Source of the DNA: Candidatus Phycocordibacter aenigmaticus
GTDB lineage: Bacteria; Patescibacteriota; Minisyncoccia; Phycocordibacterales; Phycocordibacteraceae
Length of the DNA: 64,000 nucleotides
Direction: 5' to 3'
Assembly (NCBI GenBank): GCA_045401115.1
Contig: CP174359.1
Location: 652,667-716,666 of the forward strand
This document shows, in pieces, positions 61,293 to 64,000 of the stretch. Every line of letters begins with the position of its first letter. Position 1 is the stretch's first letter. A program made the translations under genes and the position numbers. The notes under the pieces are model-generated. The model was not told the DNA's origin, ran no database searches, and was given only the letters and a program-made list of their open reading frames with translations.

Positions 61293-61353
61293 ATGTGTCA
61301 CAATATCAGACATAAAACGTACTTAGTATATCAGAATCCTCACCAATACATTC

Positions 61354-62610
61354 TTACAGATCAAAAATAGAGAGGTTAGATCCTTCACCTGCCTGGCAGC
61401 GTTCTTTATATGAGTGCGGCAAGAGTCCACAAAAATGTTCAAAGCGTTCAGTGCCCGGAACCGTACTAAACGATGAATAAAATAACAATTCATCCCAACA
61501 TCGCTTCCCCACACCTGTTTTTTCTGCCCGCTCACAAAATTCAATTGATTGTTCAAGAAAATCATCATCAATCTCTAAAAAACGAGAACTAATATTTGCA
61601 TAACATTGAGCCATACGTTCATCAGAAAGACCTAAACAAATCGCCTCTAGCCTGTCTTGGTTAAATTCAAAATGTGCCGTGAGTACATAAAAGATAGTAT
61701 TATAACAACCTTGAATCCCACGTTCTGTAGTGTATACACCACAGAACCGATCCATTCCTTTTATGGTTTTTATATCTTCCAAAAAAAGTGGCCAGGATTC
61801 ACTATTACATGATTCTCTTGGAATACGATCAAATTGTGCACAAAAATCACGCGCTTCCGTTTGTGTTCGCGGTGCTCGATCAGCAATAAGCGCGATGTCT
61901 TCAGGTTCAAGTGGTTGGAAAATTTGCATAAAAACCCCATCGTAACAATTACGCACAAACTCATATGGTTCACTCCGTGTGACCACCGAGTCACATAAAT
62001 TTACTGAAGCTTTAGCGTCTGCATCGTGAATATACATCGTAAGATGTCCAATCGCATGGTAACAACTGGTTCGCTCAAGCTCAGTAAATGTTCGAGTTGC
62101 AGTATCTTCACAAATAGTTTTTAATTTTGGTTTTAACACACCTAACTCTTCTGAAGAAACATTTTCATCTCGAAACCTTTCCTGAAATGCACCGTGTAAG
62201 CAGCCATTTGAACATTGGCCGACCGGGCATCGTGCTACCACATCAGTCCATTGCGAAAGGTCTTTTGCAGCTTCTTTAGCGGAAAGATTGTGTCCTAACA
62301 CGTGACAATAGTAATAACGTGGATCCTCTTTTTGTATAAGCGCAGTTACCTCAAACGCCTCTTCCATTGAAATGCCTCGTTGTAATAATTTTGGCACTTC
62401 TTCATCATAACAAGTCGGGGCGTAGTTACTTTCGGCACACACTTTTAGAATTTCTTTAGCATATCCCTCAACCCCACCACTTCCGTCACTTTGTATAATA
62501 GAAGCGACCAAAGTGACCGCACTGTAGCTCAGAAAAAATACTAAGAATAGAAAAGCACCAAGTACAAATCTTTTTCTAATATCAGACTGATTATTGTTCT
62601 TTTGCATCAT
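61354..62610 (-). CDS. Cys/His-motif membrane-anchored protein (paralog 9, close to paralog 5)
   Basis: CHVLGHNLSAKEAAKDLS, CSNGCLHG, CYHAIGH, MQIFQPLEPED. Confidence 0.85.
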   Translation of the reverse strand: MMQKNNNQSDIRKRFVLGAFLFLVFFLSYSAVTLVASIIQSDGSGGVEGYAKEILKVCAESNYAPTCYDEEVPKLLQRGISMEEAFEVTALIQKEDPRYYYCHVLGHNLSAKEAAKDLSQWTDVVARCPVGQCSNGCLHGAFQERFRDENVSSEELGVLKPKLKTICEDTATRTFTELERTSCYHAIGHLTMYIHDADAKASVNLCDSVVTRSEPYEFVRNCYDGVFMQIFQPLEPEDIALIADRAPRTQTEARDFCAQFDRIPRESCNSESWPLFLEDIKTIKGMDRFCGVYTTERGIQGCYNTIFYVLTAHFEFNQDRLEAICLGLSDERMAQCYANISSRFLEIDDDFLEQSIEFCERAEKTGVGKRCWDELLFYSSFSTVPGTERFEHFCGLLPHSYKERCQAGEGSNLSIFDL

Positions 62611-64000
62611 TCAAACATTCTTCTTTATACTTATCAGGCATGGTAGCGCATAATGCTGTTTGTGTCTTTTCAGTCGAATAAAGTTCGGCAATACGATTAA
62701 TATATCTCTCAAAACATATTGCGGACGATTCCTCTGTACCTAAATCTACACAAAAACTACTTACTTTAATAGATGGCTCAACACCCCAATAATCAAACGC
62801 TGCATCAAAAGCACCTATAATACATGATTTGTAATACGCACGAGGCATGAGCGAACAGGTGCGTTCTACTTCTTGAGCATTACGTAACGTATTACTACTG
62901 GTATCACGACCTATGCTGTTAAAACACGCATCAACAAAACCTTCTTCCGCTCCCAGACATACATCAATTACTTCCTGGTAATCACGGGTAACTACCGCAA
63001 ACATCCAAGAAGTCTGCATTTGATAACACTTCCGTTTAGCAGTATGATCCTCAACCGTGTCACAAGGATAATAAAGATTATCAGTACTAACCCAATTCGT
63101 ATAATGCCCATTAATGCCGGCGGAAAAACCTAATGCTGTGGTTACATTTTCCATAAATACCCCACCATAACAAAAATCTGTTTTTTCTTTTTCAGAAAAC
63201 GAACGGCACGCTGAAAGAGCTTTTGGTAAATCATAATCAAGAAATGCCATAAGTCCGTGTCCCGCGCCATGGAAACACTGATTACGTTCAAATGGAACTT
63301 TAAGAGAAGTACATAAAGCATTGAGTTCTTCTTTAAAACTTCCGGAACCCACTTCCCAAAAAAACGCTTCAATGAAGCCGTGGTAAAAACCGGAATGACA
63401 CGCTGAACTGCCATCTTTAAGAATTTCCTTTCCGAATACATCATATGCTGCTCGCCCAACATAGTGAGCCGCACTATGGCAACTAAAATTTGAACCTTCT
63501 CCACTTTCTTCTGAAATTTTTTCTATCGTACGACGTGGACCAATCTGAAACACTACACGACGGATCTCAATATCATCGGGTGCATAATGGTATACCCTTT
63601 CTGCTTCATAATTTTTATCTGAAAAAAGATCTTCTTTGTCTAAGACAGTACCAAGCAACAACCCCTCGGAACCGCTTCTAATAGATGCGAGGCCTGGGAT
63701 GGTATTTGATTCTGTACGTATGATAGCGTGTAAAAAATATCGTACTGCTTTCGTTATATGATATATCACCGAACCAACATACTCACTATTGGGGTTCACT
63801 ACTACAGTGCCTGAAGATTGTAACGAGAGATGATCATGAAAATTCCAAAAGCCGGGTTCTCGGAACGTAAACGTATATTTACCGTTGGGAGGTATCGGTT
63901 CGCACGCGTCAAATACGTATTCTTCAATAAGAGAGCCGCAACGACGTATATCTGAACCAGGATATGCAGCGTGTGTGGGGTGGAAATTTGAAGCAGGCCA
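62591..64000 (-). CDS. Cupredoxin-like plus Cys/His-motif protein (paralog 10), 5' end beyond the window
   Basis: Frame stays open upstream of 63799: WPASNFHPTHAAYPGS..FTFREPGFWNFHDHL; then CHSAAHYVG, CHSGFYHG, CFHGAGHG, CYGGVFME. Confidence 0.85.
   Translation of the reverse strand, partial: WPASNFHPTHAAYPGSDIRRCGSLIEEYVFDACEPIPPNGKYTFTFREPGFWNFHDHLSLQSSGTVVVNPNSEYVGSVIYHITKAVRYFLHAIIRTESNTIPGLASIRSGSEGLLLGTVLDKEDLFSDKNYEAERVYHYAPDDIEIRRVVFQIGPRRTIEKISEESGEGSNFSCHSAAHYVGRAAYDVFGKEILKDGSSACHSGFYHGFIEAFFWEVGSGSFKEELNALCTSLKVPFERNQCFHGAGHGLMAFLDYDLPKALSACRSFSEKEKTDFCYGGVFMENVTTALGFSAGINGHYTNWVSTDNLYYPCDTVEDHTAKRKCYQMQTSWMFAVVTRDYQEVIDVCLGAEEGFVDACFNSIGRDTSSNTLRNAQEVERTCSLMPRAYYKSCIIGAFDAAFDYWGVEPSIKVSSFCVDLGTEESSAICFERYINRIAELYSTEKTQTALCATMPDKYKEECLNDAKEQ

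Noticed and set aside
50867-64000. Multiheme c-type cytochromes
   Set aside because: No CxxCH motifs; the motifs are CH, CxH and GxxHG.
1-64000. Genetic code 25 (UGA = Gly), prophage or IS element
   Set aside because: Long genes are intact under code 11 and nusB and the sortase end in TGA; no integrase, transposase or phage structural gene was recognised.

Overview
Chromosomal window from a small-genome bacterium. The compact, truncated housekeeping proteins, type IV pilin, sortase and near-absent Shine-Dalgarno signals point to Patescibacteria/CPR, probably Parcubacteria (inference); TGA is a stop codon. About 1-49.8 kb is mostly housekeeping: rpoBC, rpsP-khpA-trmD, rnr, gdhA, smc, rnc, nusB, rpmF, rnhB, dnaE, thrS, gyrB, PheRS, tRNA-Thr, rpsB-tsf, prfA, rpmE2, rplY and gap-rpiB-rpe-tkt. 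The main items worth follow-up are: (1) a >14 kb array (49.9 kb to window end) of at least 10 paralogous membrane-anchored Cys/His-motif proteins, 5 fused to a Cys-less cupredoxin-like domain, suggesting an uncharacterised surface metal/redox system; (2) a sortase coupled to a large surface protein whose VPYTG-TM signal is followed by a long cytoplasmic tail that looks by eye like DnaX lid/collar domains; (3) a T-box antiterminator/terminator before thrS with apparently no Stem I; (4) three ~79 bp tandem units with covarying hairpins; (5) an alternative-oxidase-family gene; (6) a monomeric mitochondrial-type PheRS; (7) widespread putative leaderless transcription. All calls come from reading motifs by eye; no searches were run.
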